Below are positions 36,861 through 50,989 of a DNA stretch of 64,000 nucleotides, piece by piece. The notes under the pieces are model-generated. The model was not told the origin of the DNA. It saw only the letters and a program-made list of their open reading frames with translations, and did not search any database. A program made the position numbers and the translations under genes. The stretch covers positions 157,232,001-157,296,000 of the forward strand of contig OX597817.1 in assembly GCA_951406725.2 (NCBI GenBank), written 5' to 3'. The stretch's first letter is position 1; each line of letters opens with the position of its first letter. The DNA comes from Octopus vulgaris. Lineage: Eukaryota.

Positions 36861-37731
36861 ACAATATATATTGGAAGAAACGTACAGTATGAAACTTACC
36901 TGCCTTATTTTCTATTCATCATCATCATCATTTAACATCCATTTTACTGCAGATCAGACTGAATTTGTTGAAGTAGATTTTCTCCCCCAAGAAATTCCTT
37001 CTGAGCTATGCAAGCGTGGAAAGTGGACATTAAGCGGTGATGAATAGAATATTCATTGAGGAAAATTTCTGTATGGTTGTAAATAAAAAAGTACTTTTTA
37101 ATTTAATGTTTTTAAACACTTATTGCCAGCCTTTACACCCGGTTTCAGAGCACAAAACCAGCCGTAACTTTTCCATTTCTGACAGTTTTCTCTACATTAC
37201 AGCAGATGTTTACACTCTTGTAAGGGAAATTTTGGCTTATGGTTATGATTAGGGATTAAGATTAGAGTTACACAGAAAGGGAAAATATTTGAAAAAGACA
37301 GAAATTAAATTTGTGAGCATTTTCTTTACTCACTCTTGTCATGTCTAATGTTTAAAACATAAAAGTCTGTAAAGGAGTTTCTAAAAAATTTAGAATTGAA
37401 ATGGTACAGTGAAAGGATTCATATTGTACATCTGTCAGATGTTGTATATTGACGTTTTATGTATGTCATCATCACCATCATTTAATGTGTACTTTCCCAT
37501 GTTTGCATGGGTTAGACAAGAGTACATTGGGACAGTTTTTTATGGCCAGATGCCCTTCCTGCCAGTAACCCCCATTTGTTTCCAAGTGAAATTAGAATCT
37601 CACATCTATCAAACAATAAACAGTCTGGACCTTTTTATGCAGTGAGCTGGAAACAAAGGACACTATATGGATGAACCTTTTGTTTATAGAGTTTGTGCAA
37701 TATATCAAAAAGGCTGGAAGAAGTGCGAGCA

Positions 37732-37893
37732 GGCGCAGGAGTGGCTGTGTGGTAAGTAGCTTGCTTACCAACCACATGGTTCCGGGTTCAGTCCCAGTGC
37801 GTGGCATGTTGGGCAAGTGTCTTCTACTATAGCCTCAGGTTGACCAAAGCCTTGTGAGTGGATTTGGTAGACGGAAACTGAAAGAAGCCTGTC

Positions 37894-37947
<54 letters not shown>

Positions 37948-38138
37948 ATGTTTGTCTCCCTAGCATTGCTTGACAACCGATGCTGGTGTGTTTACGTCGC
38001 TGTCACTTAGCGGTTCGGCAAAAGAGACCGATAGAATAAGTACTGGGCTTACAAAGAATAAGTCCTGGGGTCAATTTGCTTGACTAAAGGCGGTGCTCCA
38101 GCATGGCCGCAGTCAAATGACTGAAACAAGTAAAAGAG
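37732..38138 (+). mobile_element. SINE family B
   Basis: Full-length, GGCGCAGGAGTGGC...AAGTAAAAGAG. Confidence 0.88.
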
Positions 38139-38342
38139 AAAAAATGCCGGGTGAAACGCTTAGCGGTATTTTGTCTGCTGTTACATTCCAAGGTTACCTT
38201 TGCCTTTCATCCTTTTGGGGTTGATTTAATAAGGGGTCAATGTAATTGACTTAATCCTGTCAAATCGTCCAAGCCATGCCAGCATGGAAAATGGATGGTA
38301 ATGATGATATGATGTGTGTGTGTGTGTGTGTATATATATATA

Positions 38343-38730
38343 GTGGAGACGCAATGGCCCAGTGGTTAGGGCAGCGGATTCGCGATCATAGGATCACGGT
38401 TTCGATTCCCAGACCGGGCATTGTGAGTGTTTATTGAGCGAAAACACCTAAAAAGCTCCACGAGGCTCCGGCAGGGGATGGTGGTGATCCCTGCTGTACT
38501 CTTTCACCACAACTTTCTCTTACTTCCTGTTTCTGTTGTACCTGTATTTCAAGGGGCCGGCCTTGTCACTCTCTGTGTCACGCTGAATATCCCCGAGAAC
38601 TACGTTAAGGGTACACGTGTCTGTGGAGTGCTCAGCCACTTACACGTTAATCTCACGAGCAGGCTGTTCCATTGATTCGGATCAACCGGAACCCTCATCG
38701 TTGTAACCGACGGAGTGCTTCCATCCCATC
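38343..38730 (+). mobile_element. SINE family C
   Basis: A box TGGCCCAGTGG, B box GGTTTCGATTCC, (CCAT)n tail. Confidence 0.88.
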
Positions 38731-40097
38731 CATATATATATTGCCTATAATAAGCTACTTTCAGTTTCTCTCTACCAAATCTACTCACAAGGCTTTGGTT
38801 CACCCAAACCTGTTGCACAAAACACTTGCTCAGTGTGCGATGCAGTGAGACTGAACTTGAAACCACATGGTTTGGAAACAAACTTCTTAAACCATACAGC
38901 CATGCCTGTGTAATATATTAAAAAGGCACAGGCTGTATTGTCATAGTTGGAATGGCATTGCATTATTTCCTTTTACTGTGGATTGTTGAAACACAATATA
39001 TTAAGAAGTAAAAAAAAAAAAAGCAAAAATAAAAAGCTCGTTTATCGATAACGAATGATTTACACATTGTGTTTCAATTAATAATTTTATACAGAACTAG
39101 GATAATTTTCTTATAACAGGTTCAGCAACTGCATTCTTTATTTCCTGGGCACCAGGTATTCTAAGATATACATATATATTTATATAAGCAATATTAATTA
39201 GTCCAGCCATATACATACATACCTACCTATATATATATATATATATATATATGAATGATTGGGATAAAAAAATAACAGAAAGTTTGTAACTACACAAGCA
39301 CACATATATATGAGCATGCGTAAATATATTTTGCTACAAGCTTTCTGCTGTTTTTCATTTTTCATTCCAATTATATCTTGTACATTGTTTGGCCAAATCA
39401 GTTTTTCATTTCCCAGGCACAGCTGCTTGTTTACAACCACGGTTTGAAATTGAGATATTAATGTAAATGGATTGTCTGCGTCTGAGATGCGTGTTCGCTG
39501 TGGAATCCAACTGTCAATCCAGTTTGATTCTTGTGAGCTCCGTTTTTATTATTTTTAGATATTTTATGATCCATAAAAATATCTAATTCAATAACATTTA
39601 CATTAATACACATAAATGAACAATGGTTAGCAAATAATTACTATTTACAGGATAATTAGCGATTATAATTTATATGATAATTAATAATTATTTCTGTTTG
39701 TATAAAATATTTACTAAATTTACTAATTTTTATGAACCTTGTTAGCAATGATAGTATTTGCTATTTATAAATATAATATTAAGGCTTTTTTAACAATATT
39801 TCTGCTGAAATACACTACCTTTGTTTCAAATAATTTTATAAATCATCATTGTCATCATCATTATTGCATGCCCATTTCCTATGCTGGCATAGGTTGGATG
39901 GTTCAACAGGAGCTGGTGAACCAGAGGCCTGTGGTAAGCCTCACTTCCTGCTTTGGCATGGTTTCTACCGCTTGGTGCCCTTCCTAATGCTTGTCATTTT
40001 ATATAGTGTACTGGTTGCTTTTTACATGGCACCAACACTAGTAGGGTCACCAAATAAATCGCAAGACAAGACTCCTTCAACTGAGTGGGTAATAGTA

Positions 40098-40344
40098 TTA
40101 ACCCTTTTGTTACCTTATTTCTGTTGAGATGTTCTGTGTTTCTTTCAATTAATTCTAAATATAACAAAGAATTTAGTAAAATAACTTAGTTATCATTAAG
40201 CTAGTGTTAGGAACATAAATTGTAACTAAGGTTTGATGGAAGATTTTAATTTGAAACTTTTGAAAACAGGATAGTGAGCTTCATGACTTTAATGTACTAC
40301 AGAGCCAGAGGTGGTTTCAGCCTGGTTGGTAACGAAAGGGTTAA
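40098..40344 (+). mobile_element. piggyBac-type MITE family 1 with a foreign 24-bp segment
   Basis: TTAA ends. The segment at 40272-40295 is absent from sister copies. Confidence 0.88.
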
Positions 40345-40959
40345 AGACATCTGTCTCTCTGTCACACTAACCTTTCATCATCTACCCAAAATCACCTCCT
40401 CCAATGCCCCTTCCCCTCTCAAAGATTCCTTGTTTTGCAAAGTTACTTGGTGACCCTGCCAGTGCTGGTGCCACTTAAAAAGCACCCATTCTACACTGTA
40501 GAGTGGTTGGTATTTGGAAGGGCATCCAGGTGTGAAACCCATGCCAAAACTGACCTTGCTTGTGCCCGTGCCATGTAAAAAGCACTCAGCCCACTCTGTC
40601 GGGTGGTTGGTGTTAGGAAGGGCATCCAGTCGTAAAAACCATGCCAAAACAGAAACTGAAGCCTGGTGCTGTCTTCTGCCTAGCCAGTTCCTGTCTAATT
40701 ATCTAATCCATGCCAACATGGGAGGCGGATGTTAAACGATGATGATGATGATGATGAGAAGGCTTTATATGAGTTGAAGAGAAGTTAAAGTATGACAGAG
40801 AGACGGTAACAGGTGTCACAACTTTGTCATTATTAAGATGATGTTTAGAATATAAATCTTCAGAAAATTTTAATGGAACATTTTAATTTAGCTCTCTTTG
40901 AAACAAGAAATTTGTATCATAGAACTAAGGTGGCCATGGTTGGTATCAAAATGATTAAA

Positions 40960-41508
40960 TATGAGATCCGAACAAAAAGTATCAAGACTGGTGCTATAAA
41001 AAGGAAACTGCAACACGTCAGTTCAATATTTGATCTCCTTCAAAGTAGCCCCTTTCTGAAGCCAAATCCTTCATCCAGTGTCATTTCCATTGATTGAAGC
41101 ATTCTCGGAACTTCTTTTTGGAATAGCGAGCAACTGCCTTGTTGCATTCTCTTGGATTTCCATGGTGTTTTGAACTCTTGTCCCTTTCAAGTGGGATTTG
41201 TTGTTTGCTTTGGTTTTGGGATCACAGCCATAGACCCATGATTTGTCACCTGTTATGACTGTTTTCAAAAAGCTTTTTTCTCTTCCTCAACAAAATCAAG
41301 GAAACCTGATCTTCTTTTTGAGAGCACCACACTCTACACACTTTACTTCCAAGCATTGTAATAAACAATGAAAATGAGTGAGAGCATTATAACTTAGTGT
41401 GCATGTGTGCCAGAGTTCAAGATCAATCTGTGCCAATTGGTTTCACTCTGCATACTTTAGTTCCATTTCCATAGCAACAGTCTCACTACTTTTTGATCGG
41501 ACCTCGTA
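40960..41508 (-). mobile_element. Internally deleted mariner element
   Basis: TA-flanked TIRs TATGAGATCCGAACAAAAAGTA / TACTTTTTGATCGGACCTCGTA. Minus-strand ORF VITGDKSWVYGCDPKTK (TGDETW motif). Confidence 0.88.
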
Positions 41509-41820
41509 AATAAAAAAAATCTGTGTTAAACATAGGTGAAGGTAGGTATGCATGGCTATGTGATAAGAAGTTTGCTTTGCCAACATCTTGTTCTCAGTTT
41601 GATTTTATATTTTTTACTGTTTTTTTTTTTTATGTTTATTTAATGTGTCTGGAATAGGACAGTGCTCATGAATTTTAGGGGTCTTCCAAGACTAGTGAGC
41701 TTCATGACTTTAATGTCTGTTTAAATTGGTGTAGGTTGGTGCCTGCAGGAAAGACATGATTTCAAAGGATCAATGTTCTTTGGAAGAAAAAGCTAGGTGT
41801 AGTGGTTAGTGCATGCCTAT

Positions 41821-42296
41821 ATCATCATCATTATCATTCAACGTCCGTTTTCCGCGCTAGCACGGGTTGGACGGTTCGACCGGGGTCTGGGGAGCCAGGG
41901 GCTGCTCCAGGCTCCAGTCTGATCTGGCAGTGTTTCTACAGCTGGATGCCCTTCCTAATGCCAACCACTCCGCGAGTGTAGATATATATATATATATATA
42001 TGAAGTTAAATTTTCTATCAAATTATTACCATGTAGGATTTCATCATGTATCACGTAAAAAACACCATTTGAGCATGGCCGTTGCCAGTACCGCCAGACT
42101 GGCCCTCGTGCCAGTGGCACGTAAAAGCACCCACTACACTCTCGGAGTGGTTGGTGTTAGGAAGGGCATCCAGCTGTAAAAACTCTGCCAGATCAAGATT
42201 GGAGCCTGGTGCAGCCATCTGGTTCATCAGTCCTCAGTGAAATCATCCAATCCAGGCTAGCATGGAAAGCAGACGTTAAATGATGATGATGATGAT
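41821..42296. mobile_element. Two RTE 3'-UTR fragments in inverted orientation
   Basis: 41821-41981 (-) and 42052-42296 (+) share GCCCTTCCTAA / TTAGGAAGGGC. Confidence 0.85.
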
Positions 42297-42525
42297 ATCT
42301 ACATGTTTACCCACTGAATTTTAAAATATTTTAACTCTCATCTGACGTTTTGTATAAACATCAAATTCTTAATCAATTCGATCAGTTCCTTTTGGAAGCC
42401 CTTACCTCGAATTTTTATCTCTTTATTTGTTACTCCTCAATTTGGTACCTGAACCCAACGAACATGATGCATAGTTTTTACTTATGACTTTTACATGTAA
42501 TTTTGTTCACTGATTTATAAATTTA

Positions 42526-42906
42526 CTAGCAGTATCGCCCGGCGTTGCTCGGGTTTGTAAGGGAAATAACTATATAAGCATTTTTAGAGAGTTATAGCCA
42601 AAAATTAGCAAAAAAATGGGGGAAAAAATGATTGTAAATTTTTTTTAAAATCGTTGACTCATCGTAGACATTTTTAGAGAGTTACTTCCCTTATATAATA
42701 GCGAAAAAATGCATTAAAATGGGAAAAAATGATTTTTTAAAAAATCATAGACTCATCGTAGACGCGCGCTAATACCCAGAAGGGCTCGATATGAATCACG
42801 ACTATAAGATACCCGGTTTTGGTTGAACTGCACCGCAAAATGTGGGAGTAGTTAGGAATCTAAATCGTAGGAGACAGACACACAACTTGACTTTTATATA
42901 TAAAGA
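42526..42906 (-). mobile_element. Non-autonomous Helitron (30599 family)
   Basis: Reverse-orientation copy with CTAG and TC ends. Confidence 0.9.
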
Positions 42907-43290
42907 CTAGCAGTATCGCCCGGCGTTGCTCAGGTTTGTAAGGGAAATAACTATAAAGCATTTTTAGAGAGTTATAGCCAAAAAATAGCAAAAAAATGGA
43001 AAAAAATGATGGTAAATTTTTTTTTTTAGTTAAAAAAGGTGGAGTTGCGTCCCCTAGACAGTTTACGGTTTGTGTTTCTGATTCTCGACCCCATGTCGAA
43101 TTTATTGATTTTTTTCAGAACTGGGGGAACTTTTCAAAATTTTCGCTGCGTTAGTTTTGAATTATGACATTGGGCTATGTGTGTGTCAAGTTTCATCAGA
43201 ATCGGTTGAAAGCCGTGGTCAGGGTGAGGGTACAAGCAAACAGACACACAGAAACACGCACAGACAAACTGCCGTTTATATAGAGAGAGA
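42907..43290 (-). mobile_element. Non-autonomous Helitron, chimeric, directly abutting the previous one
   Basis: 5' part matches the 9211 element; 3' part matches the 30599 family. Confidence 0.85.
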
Positions 43291-43407
43291 TATGTATAGT
43301 TATTTGGTTGTACATTTAAAATTATGCTGTGAATTTCTATTTGATTGTCTGGATTTGTTCCTTCTAAAATTTCCCTCATACACACACACACACACACACA
43401 CACACAT

Positions 43408-43468
<61 letters not shown>

Positions 43469-43824
43469 TATAAATACACACACACACACGCACATATTTA
43501 TTTTGGTTGATTCAGTCAGTTTTGCTAATTTGAGTTTTGTCTGTGGGTACGTAGGGCCCTTCAGGCAAGTTACAACTTGCCAAAATAAACTGTTATTAAT
43601 CTCTATAGTATTGAGTACTCTTTCTTCCGACAGTTTGCATTAAACAGATGGCTATCTGTCTATCTATGTCTCTCTATATAATTCTTTTTTCGGATGATAT
43701 CAGCTCTTAGAGGAACATCACATCAATCTGAAGATTATTTCCACTGGGGTGGATTTGGCTATTTTACAAATAACCATCAGACAAGTAGAAGAGTTAAGGT
43801 TGAGATTGATGCTCAGTTAAAAGA

Positions 43825-43915
<91 letters not shown>

Positions 43916-43927
43916 CACGTACATACA

Positions 43928-44144
43928 TATGATGGGGTGCTGAAAAGTTCCTCACTATAAGGGTATCACAGAAGGCCTAGTTGGAGGCCCAACCTTCCAA
44001 GTTCTTTTGCAGGGCTTAGAAACACTGCGGGCCACTGCGATAAATGTGTGAATCTGAGAGGGGAATAAGTTCAATCAAATCATAATCAACTGGTCCTCTT
44101 GTGTTTTCTTATACCCAAAGCCAGGAACTTTTCAGCACTCCCTT

Positions 44145-44147
<3 letters not shown>
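43928..44147. mobile_element. Mariner-derived MITE
   Basis: TA-flanked TIRs GGGGTGCTGAAAAGTTCC / GGAACTTTTCAGCACTCCC. Confidence 0.8.
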
Positions 44148-44196
<49 letters not shown>

Positions 44197-45577
44197 CGCA
44201 GCACCTTAGGCAAGTGTCTTCTACCATGGTCAAGCCAACGAAAGCCTTGCAAATGGAATACAGTGGAGAGAAACTAAAAGATGCCTGTTGTGTGTGTGTT
44301 TATATCTATTATATAAAATCCATTCTGTCTGTCTGTGTGTGTGTCTTCTAGGATCTCGGGCATCCTCCATCCGATTGCCCTCAAATTTGATATGTAGATA
44401 CCGACAGTATCGGGCATGTATAAGTCTTGAAAAAATTACAAAAATTGATTTCAGGCGAGAATGCGATCGATACTACGCATATGTGTGAAAAATGCATGTG
44501 CAGTTTGTGCAAAAAAAGCCGGCTGGCTTGAAATAATGCCACAAAATGCAGTGTATTTAAGAGACCAAAAAAGTAAGATGCAAAAGCAATATTTTCTTCA
44601 AACTTGGCATGAAGGAAGAAAAGACTATTTGGTTTCTCAAGAAGTTTTTTTTTTGCCTTAACTTCGTTTAACAAAACCAAAAATTTTAATGAAATAAAGG
44701 CATGCTTAATTATTTTTTAATGAAAAGAACTATTTAAACCATGTTAGTGTTCTCCCTGTCAACAGCCTTATCATTACTCGTACTTTAAACTCTTCGTTTG
44801 TGTGAATAAAATAATTTTTCTTTGGAATAGAAAAAAAGTCTATCTTTATTTCTTCTTTTGCTGGTGTCTCAAATTTAGGTTAAATCAGTGTTTCTCAAAG
44901 GGGAGGTCGATGTTAAATGAGGAGGATGAGGATAAGAGAGGTAGAGAGAGTCCAACACCTGTACAAAAGTTTTGAAAGTAATAAGTCCAGCTCTGTCAAT
45001 TTCTCCTCACTGACTACAAGTTATGAAATTTCCATACAATCCTTGAGCTCGACATTGAATTGTGTTGAGTGTTTCGTTGTGTGAATGTGTAAAAGTTCTC
45101 AGTTCCTTGATCAACCCTTTTGTTATCATATTTCTGTTGAGATACTCTGTCTTTACTTCAATTAATTTTGGGAATAATGAAGAATTTAGTGAAATAACTT
45201 TGTCATTATTAATTGGCTTTTGGAACATAATACTAAGTTCTGATGGAAGATTTTAATTCAGAACTCTTGAAAACAAGATGTTTGTAACACAGAACAAGTG
45301 GCAGCCTGAGACAGGTTGGCATCAAAAGGGTTCAGGCATGTCAGGTGGCTTTAGAAAGCTATACTTAGCTGTAGGAAGTGGTAGCTACTCTCCAATTGAG
45401 TAGACTAATAGGCAAAGCAAGTAGAATGATGGGTTTTGCATTGCATGATTTTGGTTGCTTTTGCTTGTATCTCCATTTAACTCTACTTGGACAATTAATT
45501 GTAACATGCTGAAATAATCGACCAAGTTTTGATGGTAATAAACGTGTAACATATACTGGATGTATATGGTCTTGGAT

Positions 45578-45964
45578 GTGGAGGTGCAATGGCCCAGTGG
45601 TTAGGGCAGTGGACTTGCGGTCATAGGATCGCGGTTTCAATTCCCAGACCGGGCGTTGTGAGTGTTTATTGAGCGAAAACACCTAAAGCTCCATGAGGCT
45701 CCGGCAGGGGATAGTGATGATCCCTGCTGTACTCTTTCACCACAACTTTCTCTCACTCTTACTTCCTGTTTCTGTTGTACCTGTATTTCAAAGGGCTGGC
45801 CTTGTCACTCTCTGTGTCACGCTGAATATCCCTGAGAACTACGTTAAGGGTACACGTGTCTGTGGAGTGCTCAGCCACTTACACGTTAATTTCACGAGCA
45901 TACTGTTCCGTTGATCGGATCAACCGGAACCCTCGTCGTCGTAACCGACGGAGTGCTTCCATCC
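45578..45964 (+). mobile_element. SINE family C
   Basis: TSD ATGGTCTTGGAT (45566-45577 and 45965-45976). Confidence 0.9.
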
Positions 45965-46131
45965 ATGGTCTTGGATAATGATAATAATGCATTCTTATTT
46001 ACTATTTTATGTGGGCTGTCAGTGTGTAAGTTTGGACATTTTTCATCCATCAGGTCATCTCATAACTGGTGCTTGAATATTGGATAAGAAAAAAAAATTT
46101 TTTAATTTCATATTTTATTAAAATTCATTCA

Positions 46132-46360
46132 TTAACCCTTTCGTTACCAACCTGGCCAAAACCGGCTCTGACTCTGTAGTACAAATGTCTTGTTTTCATA
46201 AGTTCTGAATTAAAATCTCCCATCAAACCTTAATCACAATTTATGTTCCTAACACTAGCTTAATGATAACTAAGTTAATTTACTAAATTCTTTGTTATGT
46301 TTAAAATAATTGAAAGAAACACAGAGCATCTCAATATAAATACAGTAACTAAAGGGTTAA
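46132..46360 (-). mobile_element. piggyBac-type MITE family 1
   Basis: TTAACCCTTTCGTTAC...AAAGGGTTAA, reverse orientation. Confidence 0.88.
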
Positions 46361-49156
46361 TATAATTACCATCATTATCAGTGACCTCCTTCAAACAGAT
46401 ACAATTTGTATCTAATATTTTAGAGTAATTGGTGCAAGTGTAAATGTGTGGTTAACCTATTTGCGTTCAGATTATTCATTCACCTTGTTTTGAATTTATC
46501 ATGCATTATCTTGGACCTTTGAGTTCAAATACCACAGAGGTCTACTCTGCTTTTCAATCTCTTTGGATTGATGAAATAAGTACCAGTTATACACTAGGGT
46601 TGATGTAATCAACTAGACCCCCTCCCATTTCCGGCCTTGTGCCTGTAGTAGAATGGATTACTATTATTGCTACAACTGTCTGCTTTTAAGTATCAGTATC
46701 TTTTGTAAAATATTTACAACCAGGTCACTGATATTTTGGTTCATCTTGTTTCCATTAATATCTTGTTTGTTTATTTTTATTACTGTTGTATTTTTTAAAT
46801 AGTTAAATTATAAACACGTTAAAATTCTCGTCTTCCAGATAATGAATTAATTTATGCATGTTTACATTATAAACTCTGTGAAATGTGCCACTTCTAGGTT
46901 AACCTTTTTCTGACTGAATTTTTAACAAGAACACATTGCCTGTGACTTTGAATTCATTTTCAAGATAAGGTTAGAAAAATCTAGACTGTGAGGAAACTAG
47001 TGATAGTCTTTGTTGGCAAAATAAATGGTTAATGAAATTTATAAAAAGAGGAGCTGTTTGTGTACTGTGACAAGAGAGGTGAGTTCTGTTCTTTCAGAAG
47101 GAGTCCATTTCTCACAGTTGTGAATTTGGATGGTTTTCATAAAATAACTATTTTGTTTATCTATTACTATATTAATTGAGTGTTTAGAACTTAAAAAGAA
47201 GAAAAGATTCTCATGAAATGATGTTTACTTGATGAAATTTTACATTATTGTTCATGGTTGTGTGTTCTAAGTCCAAATGACACTGAGTTCGACTTTGCCT
47301 TTCATCCTTTCAGCGTTGATAAAATAAGTACCAGTTGTGTACTGGGGTTGATGTAATGGACTCACCCCCCAAAAAAAATTTCAGGCCTTTTGCCTGTAGT
47401 AGAAAGGATTATTATTATTATTATTAAGAGGCTCATTTGGAAACTGCAAGGTTTTGGGTTCTATCCTGCTGCTCGGCAACATGGGTGTGTTCTATTATTG
47501 CCCAAGGCCAACCAGTGCCTCGTGAGTGAATTTAGTAGACAAACTGTGGCTGCATCAGGTATCTGTCTGTCTGTTTCTCCGTCCATCTGTCATCCATGTG
47601 TGTGTGTGTGTATGTGCGTGTGTTGTTGTCCTCAACTCCTTGACCACCAGTGTTGGTTTGTTTACATCTCCATAACCTAGCATTTCTCAAAAGACACCAA
47701 CAGAATAAGAACCACACTTAAAAAAAAACAAAAAAACCCACCAAAATATTAAGTACTGGGAGGGACTTGTTCAACTAAAACTCTTCAACGTGCTACCCCA
47801 ACATGGTCAGAGTCCAATGAGTGAAACAAGTAGAAGATAAAAGACGCCTACAAGATTTTGGTTGAGACTTCAATTTAAATGTGAACTGTTTGATTGAAGG
47901 TAGGTTAGTATTGAAGACCAATAAATTTAATTATGTTTTCATTTAAATTTTTTCCACTGGGAAATCTAGACAAAATGATGGTTTTCACTCATAATTGCTA
48001 CACTACCCCCCACCTTACTACCACCCTTCACTGATTCTCTTCGTCACTTTTTGCTTTGATGACGTCCAGAGTCCTTGTAGTTGGCATCTTTGTACAGAAC
48101 CACTGTTCACTGAATTAATTATTACACGACTCACAGTTGGTAATGAAATGGTTCTTGTTTGCTCTACCAATATTCTTGTTGTTGCATTCTCCTTTATTCT
48201 TCTTTCTTCTTCCTTGAAACTAAGACACAAACAATCCATCATACATCAGTGTACCTGTGTATACACACCTGCTTTCTTGCACTTAGGTATGCTATCTCCC
48301 CCCCTCTCTCTCCTATCTTTTTCCCTCCCTCTCATCTTCATGCTTTCTTCTATTTCCTCTCTTTAATCACTCAACCTCAAGCCTTCTCATTTCATTCTTA
48401 TAACTCTTTAATCTCTTTCTCATTCACTCTATTCTTCAGACACACACACACAATATATATATATATATTAAAATTAATATTTTCAAAAGGAAAAAAATTA
48501 TTTTCGAATTTTTTTTCTCTTATGAGGTTTTTCACGCTTAACTACCTGATAATTTCTTGTTAAGATTCCTTATTAAGAAGTTATCCTTAATTGTTAAATA
48601 TATATATATATATATAGATATAGATATATATCATTGTTTAACGTTCGTTTTCCATGCTAGCATGGCTTGAACGGTTCGTCCAGGGGGTCTGGGAAGCCAG
48701 GAGGCTGCACCAGGCTCCAGTCTGATCTAGCAGTGTTTCTACAACTGGATGCCCTTCCTAACACCAACCACTTCATGTGTGTAGTGGGTGCTTTTTACAT
48801 TCCACTGGCATGGGCCAGAGGAGGCTGGCAAACGGCCATGATCTGTTGGTGCTTTTTACATGTTACCGACAGGCTGTTCCGTTGATTTGGATCAACCGGA
48901 ACCCTCATCGTCGTAACCGACGGAGTGCTTCCACATACAATATATATATATTGTATGTGTGTGTGTCCCAACATCGCTTGACAACTGATGCTGGTGTGTT
49001 CACGTCCCTGTAACTTAGTGGTTTGGCATAGGAGACCAATAGAATAAGTACTAGGCTCACAAAGAGTAAGCCCTGGGGTTGATTTGCTCAACTAAAGGCG
49101 GTGCTCCAGCATGGCCATGCTCAAAATGACTGAAACAAGTAAAAAAGTATATACAC

Positions 49157-49198
<42 letters not shown>

Positions 49199-49579
49199 AA
49201 TGAGGGTGAAAAAAATCGATATTAATTTAATAATACCATTAATTTAACACCAAGTGGCTTAGCACTTTTGGCGCAGAATTTGAGACATAACTGAAAATGT
49301 AATTCGTTGGACCGCTCGTGTTTTTGACGCTCGAATCGATCTAATTAATTGCATTTGAGACAAACTCTGCCGAAGATTTATAGATGTATGTGTAAGTAAA
49401 ACTACATATTACATTAGTAATGAAACAATTGTACAGAGTCAATCTATTTTATTCGTTGTATTTCAGTTTCCTTCCGTTAAATGTATGTTGATTCTAGTTG
49501 GAAACAGATCTTCTGTGGTTGCTTCGGAGCTATTTTTAGCACTAGAGTTATCCACATAGTGGTTAACTCTCTAATAATT

Positions 49580-49623
<44 letters not shown>

Positions 49624-49641
49624 TATATACACATACACACA

Positions 49642-49679
<38 letters not shown>

Positions 49680-50780
49680 TCATACATACACAAATGTCTT
49701 CTACTATAGCCTCAGGCTGACCAAAGCCTTGTGAGTGGATTTAGTAAACAAAAACTGGAAGAAGCCCATCATATATGTATGTGTGTGTGTGTGTATTTTT
49801 TTTGTGTGTCTGTGTTTGTCCCCCACTACATCGCTTGACAACCAATGCTGGTGTGTTTATGTCCCCGTAACTTAGCGGTTTGTCAAAAGTGACGGATAGA
49901 ATAAGTACTAGGCTTACAAAGAATAAGTTCTGGGATTGATTTGTTTGACTAAAGGCGGTGCTCCAGCATGGCTGTAGTCAAATGACTGAAACATGTAAAA
50001 GAGTAAGAGAATATATATATACATACAATATCAGATTGAGCCTGGTGCAGCCCCTGGCTCACCAGTTCTCAGTCAAACTGTCCAACCCATGCCAGCATAG
50101 AAAGCAGATGTTAAACGACGACGACGATGATGATATATATATATATATATATATACATACACACACATATAATATATAATATATATATATGCACACTTAC
50201 TTTATATATACACACAATATATATATTCATATATATATATATTCATATATATATATATATATATTGTATGTATATATATGTAGTTTAGCTATTATTTTTG
50301 CACACTCCTCCTCTATGCCTCCTCCGTCTCTCTCTCTCCCTCTCTCATTTAAGTCTGACACTTTTTTTACTCTGTCTCTCCTTGTCCCACCCTTTCTCAT
50401 CCTGTTAGTTTATGACCCTCAACTATTTGGTCGGGTGTTTAATAGTACCATAGATATTGGTCTCTATCTTTTGGTGGATGTTTTTATGATTAGGTTATTT
50501 GTTTGATGTGTACCAGTGAATACCGTATAACTAAGTTAACTACAAGACTTTACTACAGTTGCTGTTGTTGTAGTTTATGGAGTCATAAGTGTCAGGATGA
50601 AATGTTGAGACCTGACAGCTTTGAGAAATTATGGCACAATATAATACATACATGCATACATACATACATAATATATACATACATATATATATATAAATTT
50701 TTTTCCTTTTTGATATATAAGTAAATATATGTATGTATATCTATCTCTGTCTCTGTCTGTCTGTCGCTCTACACAGATGC

Positions 50781-50817
<37 letters not shown>

Positions 50818-50943
50818 TAGATAGATTGCCTACATCCACACATCACACACTGTAAATCTTTTATGTATTTGGTTTAGGACATTTATTTCATGGCAGGTTG
50901 TGATGGTTGACACCTTATGGGCAAAATCTTCATAGTCTGACAC

Positions 50944-50989
<46 letters not shown>

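Noticed and set aside
38343-38420. tRNA gene
   Set aside because: A and B boxes are present but continue into a multi-copy SINE body, with TSDs at sister copies. No proper acceptor stem.
39120-39155. 36-nt micro-exon; one frame reads TAFFISWAP (GPCR TM6-like)
   Set aside because: Flanked by in-frame stops, no other GPCR exons seen and no APLF similarity. Likely chance.
47060-47084. GAC AAG AGA G|GTGAGT as APLF exon 2 (DKR)
   Set aside because: No acceptor two codons upstream and no VSRxHA continuation.
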